A stretch of DNA of 64,000 nt, taken from assembly GCF_006345805.1 (NCBI RefSeq), contig NC_043004.1:87296001-87360000 (forward strand), read 5' to 3'. This DNA comes from Octopus sinensis. Lineage: Eukaryota. The notes under the pieces were generated by a model. It was not told the DNA's origin. It searched no databases and worked only from the letters and a program-made list of their open reading frames with translations. Shown here piece after piece: positions 12,201 through 27,506 of the stretch (the first letter of the stretch is position 1; each line of letters begins with the position of its first letter). The position numbers and the translations under genes are program-made.

Positions 12201-15200
12201 GTCCTCATCTCATACAAAATGCAGAATGCAAATATTCACAGACAAGCGCAGCACACGCACAATATGCTTCTGTACAGTTTCCACCAATAAAATTCACTCA
12301 CAAGGTATTGGTCAGCCCAAGATTATGCTGGCAGACACTTGACCAAGGTGCCAGCAGAGCGAAACTGAACCCCAACTTTGTAAGCATTCACCCATAAGTT
12401 ATAAGAATTATACTTACTGATACAATATCAGCAATACATTTGCTTGTGTTTCCTTTATCGTCTTTGATGGTAATAGGGCGATCCTCTTTTATCCGTTCCA
12501 AGGCAGCAGGACAGTCAAGCTAGATAAATAATTAATTTGTAAATATTTATATCAAATATGTATTATATATTTATAATATACAATATATTAAAATATTCAC
12601 ATTTTATATTTATAACATGTTTAATATCTATATTACATATTTATAACGTAATTTAATATTTATATTAGATTATGTTTAATGAACATATTGTATTTACGGC
12701 ATTAATAGAATACTGAAAATAGCTCTGTATCCATTTACATTTCATATCAATTATTTGTAAAATATTCCAGGAATGAAAACAAAATCATAAGAGAAAAATG
12801 AAGAACAAATCGAGGATAGACACCATGTTCAGAAATATAGTTTTTTTTCACAAGGTGAAGACTTCACTAGTTGATGACATTGTGTTTAAGTGAAATCAAT
12901 AAATTAAATGCAGGTGGCAGGATTAGGAGAAGAGTTGTTTATCCCCAAGTCAGACTACAGAGTCATGATGATCTCCTCTTCTCACACATTGTGTACCTAA
13001 GAATATATAATCCAATGTGCCTCTCCATTACATAAGGTGTAAGTTGTGGGTCCCATTCTCAAGGTTTTTGAAGCCAATGGGGTTTCACCAGAATCCCATT
13101 CCCACAGTTTCTGTAATCTGTTTCACTAAAAACCAGTTGCAATAGTTTGCTCTCATATCAGTGTCTGACTGAATAAATATATCTCTCTTTCATTCAAGAA
13201 ATCAGTCAAGTGTATCCTGATATTTTAATGGTCAGCATTAGCAACAGAGCTGACAGCATCAAACGAATAACTTGTCTAGCTCAATGTAGCAACCAAATAA
13301 CCCCACTCAAAGAAAACTTTACAGTATTTAAAGAGAGGGTCACATACTTGAAGAACCAAGTCTTAAGTCTATTTTCTCATGATAAAAATAGGGGGGGTCA
13401 CAGAAAATTTTTTTTTAAATTGGCTCATAACTGTCCCAGTACACAACTTGGTTTGAAATCAAAAGGAAATCCATGAGTTAGTAAGGGTTGGATTACAGTG
13501 TTGAAGAGTGTTTGATGAATGGGATACAGTAAAATTTTTGCTATGAAAACAAAGCAATTTCATTTTGGATTCTACCCCACAAATGTACAGTCTCCTCATT
13601 CTAACCTTTCTACCACTCCTAGAATGGCCTCTACCCACTGCAACCAGAAGTTTGTGTACCCTCCCCACCATCCACATATTCTTCCTCTGGCTTCAGTTCC
13701 CTTTCCCACCAATGTTTTTTCCTGCAATCATCAATCTGCAGATGTTCAAGATGAACATCAACTGCATTGATCTTGGAGTTCTCAGACAGACCATTGAGCA
13801 CCAGTCTTGGAGAAGTAGTAAAAACCATGGGTACCAGTCTTGGAGAACTTGTGAAGACTAAGAGCACAATCCCTTCCTTATGATTAAACCATTGAATTAA
13901 AAAAAAAATACTTGATGTCTCATCTATACTTTCAGTAATTCTACATAGAGCTACTTACACGGTATTTTTTCATAAAGTCTTCAACAGTGGGAAAGGCATT
14001 ACATTGAACTTGTTTGAATGCTGCCTTGTATTGGACTAACAGTTTGGAACAGGCTGCTGTATATCTGGTAAATAAAGATATATTGATACAATACAAACAA
14101 TTGAAAGATAAAATCAGAAAGTTTAATATAAAAAGAAAAAAGCCTAATGTTTCAACAAAATTTCAGACAAACTAAAACATGACTAATCACAGCTGTTTCA
14201 TTTGTGTGCTTATAAGGTATTCTGCAAGTCAAATGTGAGAGATTATACTTGATGCTAAGCTACTTAACCCTTTAGTATTTAAACCGGCCATATCCGGCTA
14301 AAATATTTAATCTGTTTTATGTTCAAACTGACCAGATCCAGGCTCTCACACCTACCCTACAATGTTATTCTACATTAAGTAATTACACCATCAAGATCTT
14401 GAAGATATGAGATAATGCATGATTAATTCAAATCAATGTGAATCAATAAGCATTATGTTTGATAGAATAATCAGAACACTAAAGGGTTAAAGTGTCATAT
14501 CTGAAAGCTAAGATCAAGACACAAAAAGCTTGTTTTCTAGTGACTGCTCTCTTGTCTTTCACAGTGCAGAAGACATGCCAAAGCATTGTAGCTGCTTTTT
14601 GAAGTACAGCCATAAAGTTAAACTTGAAAACTAACATCTGGAAACCCAGAGTTTGTCACCAGCTAAATTCTAATTTGAATCAAAAGGCATAACCTGAACC
14701 CATTATTATCAATGGGAAGGAGTTCGTAGAAGCTAACCATTTTTACCTATGTGGGGAGTACAATCAGTAATGATGGTGGGCTAGATCACAGGATAAGTAA
14801 GGCCACTTTGGCATTCAGAAGGCTGAGAGAATAACTGTGAAAGAACAAGCACACGTCGATCCAAATGAAATACAAACTATATGAAGCAATATTGTCCACC
14901 CTACTTTTGCAGAGCAAAGGCATTGATGATACACCAGAAGAAGGAAAAAATAAAATCATGCTGAGACCACGATATGAAAAACTAAGTCAGGAACAATCTC
15001 ATCCTAGAGAAAGCCAAGTGTCTTAGCAGTGAAGAGATACTGATGCAAGAAACCGTTGCCTATTTGGTTGTGTTTAAAGAAGGGGAGAAATGTGACTCAG
15101 ATGCTAATTCAAATGCTCTGCTTACAGTTGTCTATTGATTACAAAATATTCTTTTCTACTCTAGGCTCAAGACCTGAAATTTGGGGGGGGGGGGCAGTTG

Positions 15201-18144
15201 ATTACCCAGTATGCAACGGGTACTTAATTTATCAACCCCGAAAGGATGAAAGGGAAAGTCGACCTTGCGGAATTTGAACTCACTACGTAACGGCAGACAA
15301 AATACCGCTCAGCATTTCGCCCGGCGTGCTAACGATTCTGCCAGCTCACTACCTACAATCACCACATTATGTCAAGACAAGGGTGCACACAGTCACACAA
15401 ACAATCTCTCTTTCTAACACACACACATATATCATCATGATCGTTTTCCATGCTGGCATGGGCTGGACGGTTTGACAAGAGCTGAACAGCTGAAGAGTGA
15501 GAAGCCTGGGCTCCTTGTCTGTTTCGGCTTGGTTTCTAATCCTGGGTGCCCTTCCACAATGCACTTGTTTCTGTTTCCATCTAGCAAATCCACTGACAAG
15601 GGTTTGGTTGGATTATAGTTATAGTAAAAGGGACATTGCCTTTAGCCTTCTTAGAGACTTGCAGACCGGAAGAGTCAAGTTATCTGTCTTCCAGTGTAGT
15701 TTAATACTGCAGGCTGGCAGCTGGGGAGGAGGGGGTGGCATGGATTAATTAGGTAGTTTCTGAGGAGATAGATTTAGGGAAGAGGAGAATAGGCAGCAGC
15801 ATCAAATAACTCTGGGGAACAAGGGATATAGAATCAATAAGTCCAGGAGAGCAAATCTTTTGCAAGAATGGCCTTGGGAAGGGTATTCAACTGTAGAAAC
15901 CATACCAAATCAGACATTGGAACACGATGCAGTCTTTGAACCCATAAGATCCTGTGAAACAATTCAATTCATACCAGCAAAGAATATGCACGTTAAATGA
16001 TGATGAATGAATAGAAGAGAAAAAGATAGAATACTGCTGGATGGTAAATCAAGAGTACAGACAGCTGTTGTTTAACCCCAGGTCAGCATGATCAGATGGA
16101 CCTATGATCAAAGGCATCTTTTTGTATATCTAGGATTACACTGTTCAATATATCCTTCCCTTTCTTTAAAACTGCAGAATGTGATTTAGAGGGAGATTTG
16201 ATTGCTATTTCCAGCAGGTTGAGTGACTGTATAAGGGCTTCCTCATTAACATAAGAGTATTGAATGATGTGTGTGTGTGTGTATACTAGTTTTTAGTTAC
16301 GTGATTCACAATAAGTCAACAGATATTTGAGAATTAAATATTTTCTAGAAAAAAGCTAGTCTGTTTTAGTGACAGATATAATAAAAATATATTCATATCA
16401 GCAGAAATTATTTGTAAACAAGCCAAGTGTCATATTATGGTAACGTTAGAGAGATATGTAACAATTTAAAAACTCTGAAACAAGAAATCATTACAAACCT
16501 CAGACAGATGTTAGTGATTTTCTCTAAAGCAAACATGAAGAAGCAAATATATTTAAGTATCTTGCTCTGGGGTCTAATACAATGCCCTACAACTAGTATA
16601 GATAAGTAGATATAATGCAAAAATATTTAATTGAACAAAGTGAATACAAACTCTTTTGGTAGGACAGCATCTTTGATATATGCTTTCTCTAAACTCTGTA
16701 ATGTGTTAATTACAGCATAAAGGTCAGCCATGTTGTCATATCTGAAATTATAAAAATACAAACATCATAATGTAATGCTTGTAAGAGTGAGGTTGGCGGG
16801 GGGGGGGGGCAAAAACAGTCTGAAATAGGATAGTCACAATGCCTCAATGTTTGGAAGTAAGGCAGGCTGAAGATTTTATATTGATCCCCAATCCCCAATA
16901 CTTGACTGAAATTTGAATATATTGAACGGATGAGAGAGGAAGTACCTTGACAGGATTGGACTTGGATGATTAAGAGATATTTAGTATTCAAAGACTTTTA
17001 TAATTTATAAAAATAATAATGAAATTATTGTATACAGTGCTCAGGTGCACCACAATAATAATCTTATTTTTTGTTGCTTTAATTGATAAGGTTAATTGTA
17101 TAATTAATGATATAAATAACTACTTACTTTTCTCTTTCACGGGCAGTGCGGTGTAGTTTCACCTCCTACAAAGTAGAAAATAGTACAATAAGACAGTTGT
17201 GAGTGTAACTATGTGTATATCAATCATCATCCTTATGTCCATTTTTATTATGATAATATGAGCTGGACAAGCTCTGCTATAGCCAGTCTCAAGCCTGGTT
17301 GAGAAAAGAGGAGACTACTAAATGCAGGGTTAGTGACCACGAACTATCAGTTTTCTAAACCTGCTACTGAAACACCAACAAGAGAACATATGAAACTGGT
17401 CCTGGTAAGGGAATGCAGTCCTCAGAGATTGTGTATGAAGCGATGTAGAGAAAACCAAAAAGAAGCTACGATGTGGAACAACCTTCTCTCACCAAGGACC
17501 AAAAAACACATGAAGATCCACAAAACTAAAGCACTGGCTACAGCCACACCTAAGGACAGCTGTGATCCATTGCCAAAGACTGAGACACAGAGATCTCTTG
17601 TTGGCACTCTATGCTCCATATAGAGCCAAAGGAATTAAACTAACACAGGTTAGATAAGACATTGAGCTAATTTTTCTATGGTCAAACAGTCTTCTTCTCA
17701 CCAACTGTACTTGATTCCAAGTCAGGTACCATTCCTCTTGTCTTTTGAATAACGACTCATTCAACAGTTAGACGTTCTGGGAGCAGATGTAAAAACAATG
17801 ACACTGACTACATGGTGATTTTTTTTAGACAACCTGCAAACAAAATACACACAGACAACCAGCTTCTGTAAAATTTATATCTAAAAATCAATTTTCAAGT
17901 AAGATATAAAAGAAGACAACTGCTCATTGTGCCATGTAGTATGAACATATCCCCTGAAACTACATGGTTTTGAAGAGAAACTAACCCAGTGTTTCTCAAC
18001 CTTTTTACCCTTGTGTAACCCTTAAAATAAATTACATGTCTCAGGGAACCCCTGCACGAAAAAAAATTATTCACCATATCTTTCTCATATTTTTTCATCG
18101 TAGTTCATGTGGTAAGAAAAGCAAACTGTTTGTTCACATACATC

Positions 18145-18183
<39 letters not shown>

Positions 18184-18637
18184 TTTATTTTTCGTAATGA
18201 GATAAAAAAAACCAAGGCTGAGTAGATTTTATAACATTTATAGATAGAAGGTCTTACAGCTGTTTCCAGGATATTTATTATATCCCTTCATCGGAGACGG
18301 TGTGAGAGGATGGTTAAGTAATAGTTCATTTAGATAGGATACAAAATAGAGAGTGAGGTGGAGGAAAGAAAATAGCTGTGAGATATGTAGGGATATTGAG
18401 AGAATAGTTAAGTAATAGTTAATTTAGAGATGATGGTCGTTATATTTTTTTGATAACATAATAGGTTAGATAGGATGATGTCTATATTACAATAACCAAT
18501 ACGTTGTGCATATATAGTAATATTGCAATATTGAAATTTGGAACCTTTTGCGGAACCCTGGTTGAGAAATACTGACTTAACCACAGTTATATAGGTATCT
18601 AACTGTGTGTGTGTGTACTCACACATGTGTATGTATG

Positions 18638-18670
<33 letters not shown>

Positions 18671-19665
18671 TTGTATGTATACATATATGCATATATATGA
18701 GAGAGAGAGACTCTATAACCCTTAATAGGTCATGGGGGTGAAACTTATAAATTATGATCTATGTCAAGAACAAGCCAGCCTGGTAACCCCCTCCTCTCTT
18801 CAGGCTATGTGGAGGATATTTGTCTTTATTGCCCACAGGGGGCTAAACAGAGGGGACAAACAAGGACAAAGGGATTAAGTCGATTACATCGACCCCAGTG
18901 CATAACTGATACTTATTTAAACGACCCCGAAAGGATGAAAAGCAAAGTCGACCTCGGGGGGAAATTGAACTCAGACCATAACGGCAGACGAAATACCGCT
19001 AAGCATTTCGCTGAAATAAATGAAATTCTCTAATTGTCAAGGGCTTAAAACACTGTCAACCTTAAGAACACTACATCTGACTCACGCACTAATTAAAATA
19101 GTTTGTTTCTATTAAAAGCACAGCATACTACTCCCATTCTACCTTCTTTTCTCTTGAGATACTTTCACTGCATTCATTCCCCACTTCCATGGTACCCTCC
19201 GGCCATTCTTTTATCTTGCAGTATTCACCCACCACTCCTCCACCCTCTGCTTCTCTTTCACTGTCCTCTCTCTGTCTATCACTTTAACAGTCTCTCATCT
19301 CTCCCTTCACCCCCATCTGACACTACCACTCCTCTCTTCAGCTGCAGTGGTGCTCTCTCCACAGCTCTCTCCAGTTCCTGGTCAGCCTCCACTCTTTCTC
19401 TATCAGACGGTCTCTTCCTCTCACACCTTCCCCATCCATATTTATTCTTACAACTTGGGGCAGTTCTGGATCCCCCTACAACAACCCATCCCACCACCCT
19501 TCTATTCTGTCCCACTCGTTCAAACAAGGCCCTGACACTAACTCCTTCCCTAGCCACCTTTTCCATACTGCCTGTTAACAGCGTCAACTCTGTTACTCTC
19601 TCAATAATAAATCTATTCCTCTCACTATATTTCACCATCTCATCACTTTGCCTCAAATCACCACC

Positions 19666-19710
<45 letters not shown>

Positions 19711-22700
19711 GTAATTCCACTTCAGTCAAGGCAATCTTTTTTAGTTTTGGTGCTGTTAAGTGGTTGGTATTTGGAAGGGCACACAAACAAAAACAATGCA
19801 AAATCTGAGACATTTAGAGGATGGTGCATCTCTTACCACTTTAGAATCATTCAAACCATCTAACCCATGCTGGCATGAAAGGTGGATGTAAACTCATGAT
19901 AGCGATATATAATTTCAGGACTTGCGTATTGTCATGATCATTCAATGTCCGTTTTCCATGCTGGCATGGGCTGGGTGGTTTTACAGAATCTGGTGAGGTG
20001 TAAAGCCACATCAAACTCCAGTCAGCATGGTTTCTATGACCAGATACCCTTCCTAATACCAACTGCTTTAGTGTGTACTTGGTGCTTGCCATGTAAACTT
20101 GCAAGACAGAAAAAGAACGGGGAGAGGGGAGAAAGCTCCCACTACAAAAAGGGGTGTTTCAGAAGGGAAGGTAGAGGGTGGGTGGCTAAAGTACGATAGA
20201 GGGCCAAGAACAGGTGTCTTGCTGTAGAGGAGATGCATGGCTGAAGGAGATAAAAGGAAGGTAGTTTGACACCAATCTACTCAAGACTATTTCTGGTTCT
20301 ATAACACATCTTGTTTTAAAGTAATTTAAATGAAGTCTGTCAACATTTCAAGTTATAATCCAAACACCACCTTCAAGACAAAGTTATGCTAAATTTTTCA
20401 TTATTTTAAAAAATTAACTGAAATACAGAGAATGTATTTCAACAGTAAAATGGTAACGAAAGGGAAGCATGGGGTGGATTTCATGGGGTGTTGAAAGGGA
20501 AGCATGGGGTGGATTTCACAGGGTAGTTCATGTATTTCTAGGGATTTACAAAAATACTAACTACAAAGCTGACTGAAAGTTATAAGAACAGGAACAGCCA
20601 CAAGTGCACCTCTTGCAGTCACATTTACATTTTTTGTCCTCCCCTGGCACCAGTTCCGGTGGCATGTAAAAAGCACCCACTACACTCACGGAGTGGTTGG
20701 CATTAGGAAGGGCATCCAGCTGTAGAAACACTGCCAGATCAGACTGGAGCCTGGTGCAGCCTCTTGGCTTCCCAGACCCCAGTCAAACCGTCCAACCCAT
20801 GCTAGCATGGAAAACAGATGTTAAACGATGATGATGTAGTTTCTATTAGTGAGGAACACAGGGAAAGGTTTCACTAAAACATTGCAGCAGGTATCGCTTA
20901 TGGTAAGAGGCTTGCTTCCCAACTGCATGGTTTCAGGTTCATTTCCACTGCATGGCACCTTGAACATGTGTCCACTGCCTCAAGCTGACCGAAGCATTGT
21001 GAGTGGATTTCGTAGATGGAAACTGAAAGAAGCACAGTATATGTGCACATGTGTGTGTGTGTGTGCGTGTGTCTTTCCTTGTCTTGACATTGCATGGCTG
21101 TTATAAATGAAGTCACTCGTTTCCAATATTCTGCGAATAGATGTCTGGCTATGGGGAAATATTACTTTGCTTGGAAACAAGAGAGGGTCAGTAACAGGAA
21201 GGGCATTTGGCCATAGAAAATCTGCCTCAATAAACTCCGTCTGGCCCTTGCAAGCATGGAAAAATGGACATTAAAATAATGATGGTTGTAACAAGGGAAA
21301 GTGTCAAGGCCACTGGGATTACTACACACGGCCTCTGGTGAGAAAACATGAAAGCATTCATGAAAAGTGAAATCTCTTCAAAGAACTTTCCATTTTAATT
21401 TTTTAACAGTTTCATAATTTCTAAGTTTGACAACTATTCTATTTATTGAATACATTTATTTGGAAAATTTCAAGCAAAGTAAAGAAAATATTACAAATGT
21501 GTCAATTATTTTACTTGTTAAATACATTTAGAAAATTTTTAGCAAATTAAATATGCGATAATGACGATGATAGGAATAAAAATGAAGCTAGTATTTAGCC
21601 CTAGGTGAGATTTTGCATTATGTAAAGATTTTATACAAGACAAAAATTACTTAGGAAAATATCAATGACAGGTGGAAGTCAGGATTGTTTTTGAACTCAG
21701 CACCAGAATACACACACATAAAAACAAAACAAAAAAATCAGGTAAACAGAATGTGTTACTTAGTGTTATCAGGTCATGTTAGGGTTAAATTTATGTATTG
21801 CTGCATTCACTATTTGCTGGTATATTCACAGGTCCTCCTGGGGGACCCATTGAGCATTGACCCACTGAGCCTCCTCCATTTTCACAAAATGCCTCCACAT
21901 CTGCAGTGACCATGTGGAATGTCATGACCGACATGAGCCATCAACCGAGCTGCAATCTCAATGAAGAGAACACATTAAGCAGTGACTAACTTGGAAAACT
22001 GAACAATATGGTCAAACAGGCTGAGCTTGTATGTAGTGTTATCAATTTCATCTTTCATAGCAGCTCATTAACAAAATTTATCATGAACCTTAGTCCTCAC
22101 GGTGAATGCAGGCTGAATTGTAACCCATGGAATTGTTTGTATCAAATCATAGACTCTTAACATGATTGATGAATATCATCATTTTAATGTTCACTCTTCC
22201 ATGCTAGCATGGGTTGGAAGGAATTTGCTGAATCAGATTCTCTACAGCCGGATGCCCTTCCTATCACCAACCTTCATCTGTTTCTAAGCAAAGTAATATT
22301 TCCCCATAGATAACATTTTCATGGATGATCAGAAATGAAGGACATCACTTGTATGACAGTGACACTCATTTGACATATTGTCAAGAAAAGGATACACACA
22401 CACATGCATCCATGATGGGCTTCTTTCCAGCAACAAAATCCACTCAAAAGGTTTTGGTCAGCCAAGGGCCACAGTGGAGACACTTGCCAATGTTGCCATG
22501 CAATGGGACTGAACCTAGAAGCAAACTTCTTCACCATCACAACATTAAAATAAATCATGGAAACAAGTATATTAATTCAACCTTAACTATTAAACATTAA
22601 ATATAATTCTCTTAAATATGATTAAGAAAAATGTACTTACCTCATAAAGGTCAGGATTAGTGGCGGATGCTGGAAAAATAAATTTAAAATGACTTGAAAT

Positions 22701-25700
22701 AAAAATAATACTTGAGGGGACTGATGAAATATCAAAAAATAAAAATGGTTTAATGTACAGAAAAAGAATTATATTCAATAAGAAAAAATTTGTAATTGAT
22801 GAACCCAATCTTTATCCATCTGCCATTCTCCTTCCACAATCCCATGAACTCACCCACCCCAACCACTTCTATTCACCTTCCTGTAACTTGAAGGTGTGCC
22901 CTGACATTTCATCACCATCTCTCTTTTTCCAACAGGGGAAACCATGTATCTCTTCTAGCAAGACATCTGTCCCTGTCCCTCTCTCATACTTTAACCTCAT
23001 CACCTGGTGTAAACCCATATCCCTCAATACTACTCCCATCTTGAAGGGCTTTGTCTTGCAAGTAACTTGGTGACCTCACTAGTGTCAGTGCCATGTAAAA
23101 AGCACCCAGTACTCTTTGTAAAGTGTTAGGCATTAGGAAGGGCATCCAGCCATAGAAACCATGCCAAAGTATGGCCGGGGTTTGATGATGATGTTTACTC
23201 AAGAGAGCAAAGACCCACACAAGTTTTTGACCCTTTTGATAGAGAGAAGGATTAGGAAAGTTAAAAGCAGAAAGACAGTCAGAGAAAAGGAAGTTGAAGT
23301 TGTAGAGAATGTTTTGTTGAAGAAGTAAGGAAAATGAAAGATCATAGAAAAAGGGAACAACTCCGTCTTTATGTCTCACTGTTGATGGTTCGACCTGTTT
23401 ACTAGAAACATTACCTACTCACACTTCTACCACAACTTCCCCCCTGTACCTTCTCATACTAAAACTGCCATCCCCTTCTCACAATTTCTTCACATCTGTC
23501 AACAATATAGTAAAGATTTGGATTTTCATTCAAAGTCTAAGAAAATGCACATGGGGTTACCTTTGTAGCATTAGTCAACCCCTCAATGCAGTGATCCAAG
23601 ACAAAACTTCTGCACTTTTACTTTATACTCATGCATATACAAAAACAGACTTCCCTTTCTTATACTCTTTCATTTTTCTGCCCAACATCTTCAATGAATC
23701 ATCCTCTCCTCTGACCCTCTTCTATTCCAAGAGGAACAAAACCTGCAGAGTATCTTAGAAGCCACCCTCCCAACTGTAATACACAGCTCAGCACCTTTAA
23801 AATGCTCTCATTCTGCTGGATATACTTCTCTCTACATCTGCACAACAGGTTAATAACTGGCTCAAAAACTCAATTAATTCCATGTCACTGACTAATTTGA
23901 TTGTATTTCCACAAACCTCTATATTGCATCCAATGTAAACTTTGTAATTATCTCTATATGGATGAAACTGGGCATTGTCTAAGTGACTTCTTCTGAAAAG
24001 CACCTTTGTGATGTTCAAAACAAATACCCATGCAATTTCCATACCCATAACTAGACACTTTGATTCACTGAATTATTTTCTCAGCCATCTTTTTATGAAC
24101 GATGTTATCAATGCTCAATTCTTACACAGAAGCACAGAGACAAACTTATCCTTTATTCTAATGTATGTGTGCCCGTGTTTATTTAATGAGTATATTTATT
24201 CCATGCTCACATAGGTCGGACGAAGACATATTAGCAAGGCATTGTTTTAAAGCTGGCTTGCTCTTCCTGTTGCTAAGCATTACTAGTTTTTTAGGTATAC
24301 TTAACAAATCCTCTAATAGCTTGGCACTTCTGATGACAAAGAATTATCATGTCATCTGTTTTGCTTGAGCAATTTCAGGTGAAGACGTCACAGAATGTAA
24401 ACGTTCACACACACACACACACACACACATATGAAAGGCTTCTATATAGTTTCCATCAATCGATGTCATTCACAAGGTATTTATTTCTTTATTGCTCACA
24501 GGAGGATAAACACAGAGGGGACACACAAAGGAATTAAGTTGATCACATCGACCCCAGTGCATAACTGGTACTTATTTAATCGACCCCGAAAGGATGAAAG
24601 GCAAAGTCGACCTCGGCGGAATTTGAACTCAGAACATCACAGCAGATGAAATACCACTAAGCATTTCGCCCAGCATGCTAACAATTCTGTCATTCACAAG
24701 GTATTCGTTGGCCCAGGACTAAGTATAAGTAGTTGCCCAACTTACCTTGGTCCCAGGCTACTTTGATATCATCTATGTCCTTCATGATATGGTAGGTTTT
24801 TAGTTTGTTTTTTTTCCTCCTTTTGTCCCACCGAATCCCTATCAGTGTTAATCTTATCCATCAATTTATTAAGTTGTTTTAAAGTTCAATGAAGTTAGCA
24901 AGCCTGATATTAGAAATTATTCCCTGACCCATGAACTGAAGTAAAGAAATAGTGTATGGCAGTAAGTTACTGTATTTTAACATGTATAAGGAACCCTTTT
25001 TTGTCAAAAATAAGGTTAAAAAAATATGTGAGTTTCTTATACATGGATAGTATTATAACCCCTTACAAAACCTTTTTTCCAAATTTTAAGCCCCCAAAAT
25101 TAGGGGATTCCTTATACACATTAATATACAGTAATTAGTTTGACAGGAAAGTGGGTCTGAAGGGTGTCAAGATTTAGAGGATGACCAGGAGCATTATTGC
25201 CAACAATACCTTAGGTTCAGGGTTATATTCTTCCATAGTAGAGGTGTAATGGCCCAGCAGTTAGGGTAGCGGGCTCGCAGTCAGGATCGTGGTTTCGATC
25301 TCCAGACCGGGCATTGTTAGTGTTTATTGAGTGAAAACACCTAAGGTTCCACAAGGCTCTGGCAGTGGGTGGTGGCGAACCCTGCTGTATACTTTCATCG
25401 CAACTTTCTCTCACTCTTTCTTCCTGTTTCTCTTGTACCTTTATTTCAAAGGGTCAGCCTTGTCACACACTGTGTCACGTTGAATCTCCCAAAGAACACG
25501 TGTCTGTGGAGTGTTCAGCCACTTGCACATTAATTTCACAAGCAAGCTGTTCTGTTGATCAGATCAACTGGAACCCTCATCGTTGTAACCGACGGAGTGC
25601 CATCCATATTCTTCCATAGTTTTTCGCTGCAAGACAAAAATATGGTACAGACCACCATACGAAAATTTCTAAAGTTATCCAGGCATTTTAGTTTGAGTTA

Positions 25701-27191
25701 AAAATTACAGGCAGCAGCATCTTCCATATTCTCTTCACTGGTTGTAGTGTTTTGGAATGATTAAGAAGCATTGGCTTCAGCTTCATGTCTCCTGATGCAT
25801 TATCACCAAGTGCTAATGTTAAACAGCCTTTTTTTAACTTGAACCCAGAAAAATTTCCTCTTCATTTCAGTATAGTAGTCTTTAGTAGAAAGGGTATGTT
25901 TCATTGGATACGAGTTTGAAAGAATGGTTAGGGAGGCATCCAGCTATAGAAATCCTGCCAAAGTTGACACTGGAGCCTAACACCACCCTGCAGCTCATTG
26001 GATCCCGTCAAACGAACCCATGCCAGCATGGAAAATAGATGTTAGGTGATTATGATGATAGTGATACTCTTAAGAACTTGGGAAAATTCTTTGACAGCCC
26101 AGTTATCTGGAAGTTCGGAGATCTGTGCAGATTATGCCACAATTTAAATCCATCAAACTTGTCTGTACCAGCTGTGAATGTTTCTGAATTTTTTTCTTTC
26201 TTCTTCTTGTAAAGTGTCTGAAAATGTTCCATGCGTTTCCCATCGTATATTGACTTAATATCATATTGTATTCATTTCATCATCTGCCCAGAAAGCAAAT
26301 AAATCTTACAGTTTCCTAAAAACTTTACTCTTTAAATGACTCACAATGAAGTTGTCATGGTAAAAAATATTTACTTAATTCACATTTTTCGTGATGGTTC
26401 TACTTGTTGGTTTGACCAAGTTTAACCCTTCCGATACCAACCCACTTAAGCTTCCCCGCCCTTTGGTTCTCTGATACAAACTTCCTGACTTAAAGGGATC
26501 TAAATTAAAACCTTCCGTTAAAATTCCATGTTATGCCCTAAACATCATCCTAATAATGACAAAATTATTTTACTAAATGCATGATTATTTTCAAAATCAT
26601 TTGAGACAGAAATATGGTGACAAAAAGATTAAAGACTCATCCATAAGTGGCAGCAGTTCCCTAGCTACCAACTGCATCAACTCTTGCAAATTAAAACACC
26701 TAGCTTCACGTTTTTCGTTGACATTTTTGACGATGAAAGCTTTTTTTCCGTTCATGTTGAGCGAAACTTTCTTTGATTAATTTGTGTGGAAGTATTCATG
26801 GGGGAGTACCATACTTTTATTTTGTCTTTAAGAAAACCCTTTCAACTTCACTTTAATTTTGGGGCATTAGTCAGTGAAACAACAAGGAAAGTAAAAGTAT
26901 GTAAATTTGTTTTGTTGTCAGTAGTTATCTTTCGTCATTTTCCCATTTTACTCTTTTGCAAATCCATTTACATAACGAAATATATTCTAACTTCACATTT
27001 AAACAATTTTTCACAGTCGAACAAAATCCAAAGCTGGAAGCAACAAGAGGAAGGATGAAAAGAAGAGAAACGCGAACTAAAAAAATGTTTAGGAAAGCCA
27101 ACAATAATTGAGCACGAATGTGTAGGGTACCTAAAGGATCAAAAACGGTAAGGAAGGAATTCCAGTAATTTATATATATAGACACATACGT

Positions 27192-27241
<50 letters not shown>

Positions 27242-27456
27242 CACATACGTACACACACACACATATATATATATATGACACATACGTACATATATATATA
27301 TATAGACACATACGTACATATACATACATATATATATATATATAGACTCATACGTACATATACATACATATATATATATATATAGACTCATACGTACATA
27401 TATATACATACGTACATATATATATACACACATAAGAAATGAGGTATAAAACCTCA

Positions 27457-27506
<50 letters not shown>

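Larger units (their letters stand above)
24746..26790 (-). mobile_element. Fragmented Tigger/pogo transposase relic in VPS28 intron 1, interrupted by younger SINEs and a MITE
   Basis: Degraded motifs in the expected order: [19 protein letters not shown] (CENP-B HTH region), [20 protein letters not shown] and NAWIT (DDE_1), [18 protein letters not shown] (C-terminal). Confidence 0.65.

Noticed and set aside
12900-13900. Unique-looking sequence in a VPS28 intron with hints of a LINE endonuclease (TYT...HWI.Y)
   Set aside because: Too degraded to support a call; several stops in every frame
19103-19714. 203-aa Leu/Ser/Pro-rich ORF
   Set aside because: Arises from pyrimidine-rich low-complexity sequence and a (TC)n repeat; probably old retroelement debris
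20455-20525. About 36-bp tandem duplication (aagggaagcatggggtggatttca)
   Set aside because: Simple local duplication in an intron with no sign of function
26952-26967. Alternative VPS28 first exon MDLQK with a gtaaaa donor in phase 1
   Set aside because: Weak donor and no homology; 28053-28089 matches the known VPS28 N-terminus much better
26925-27457. ORFs rich in YIYI/VCVC
   Set aside because: Translations of TA/CA microsatellites
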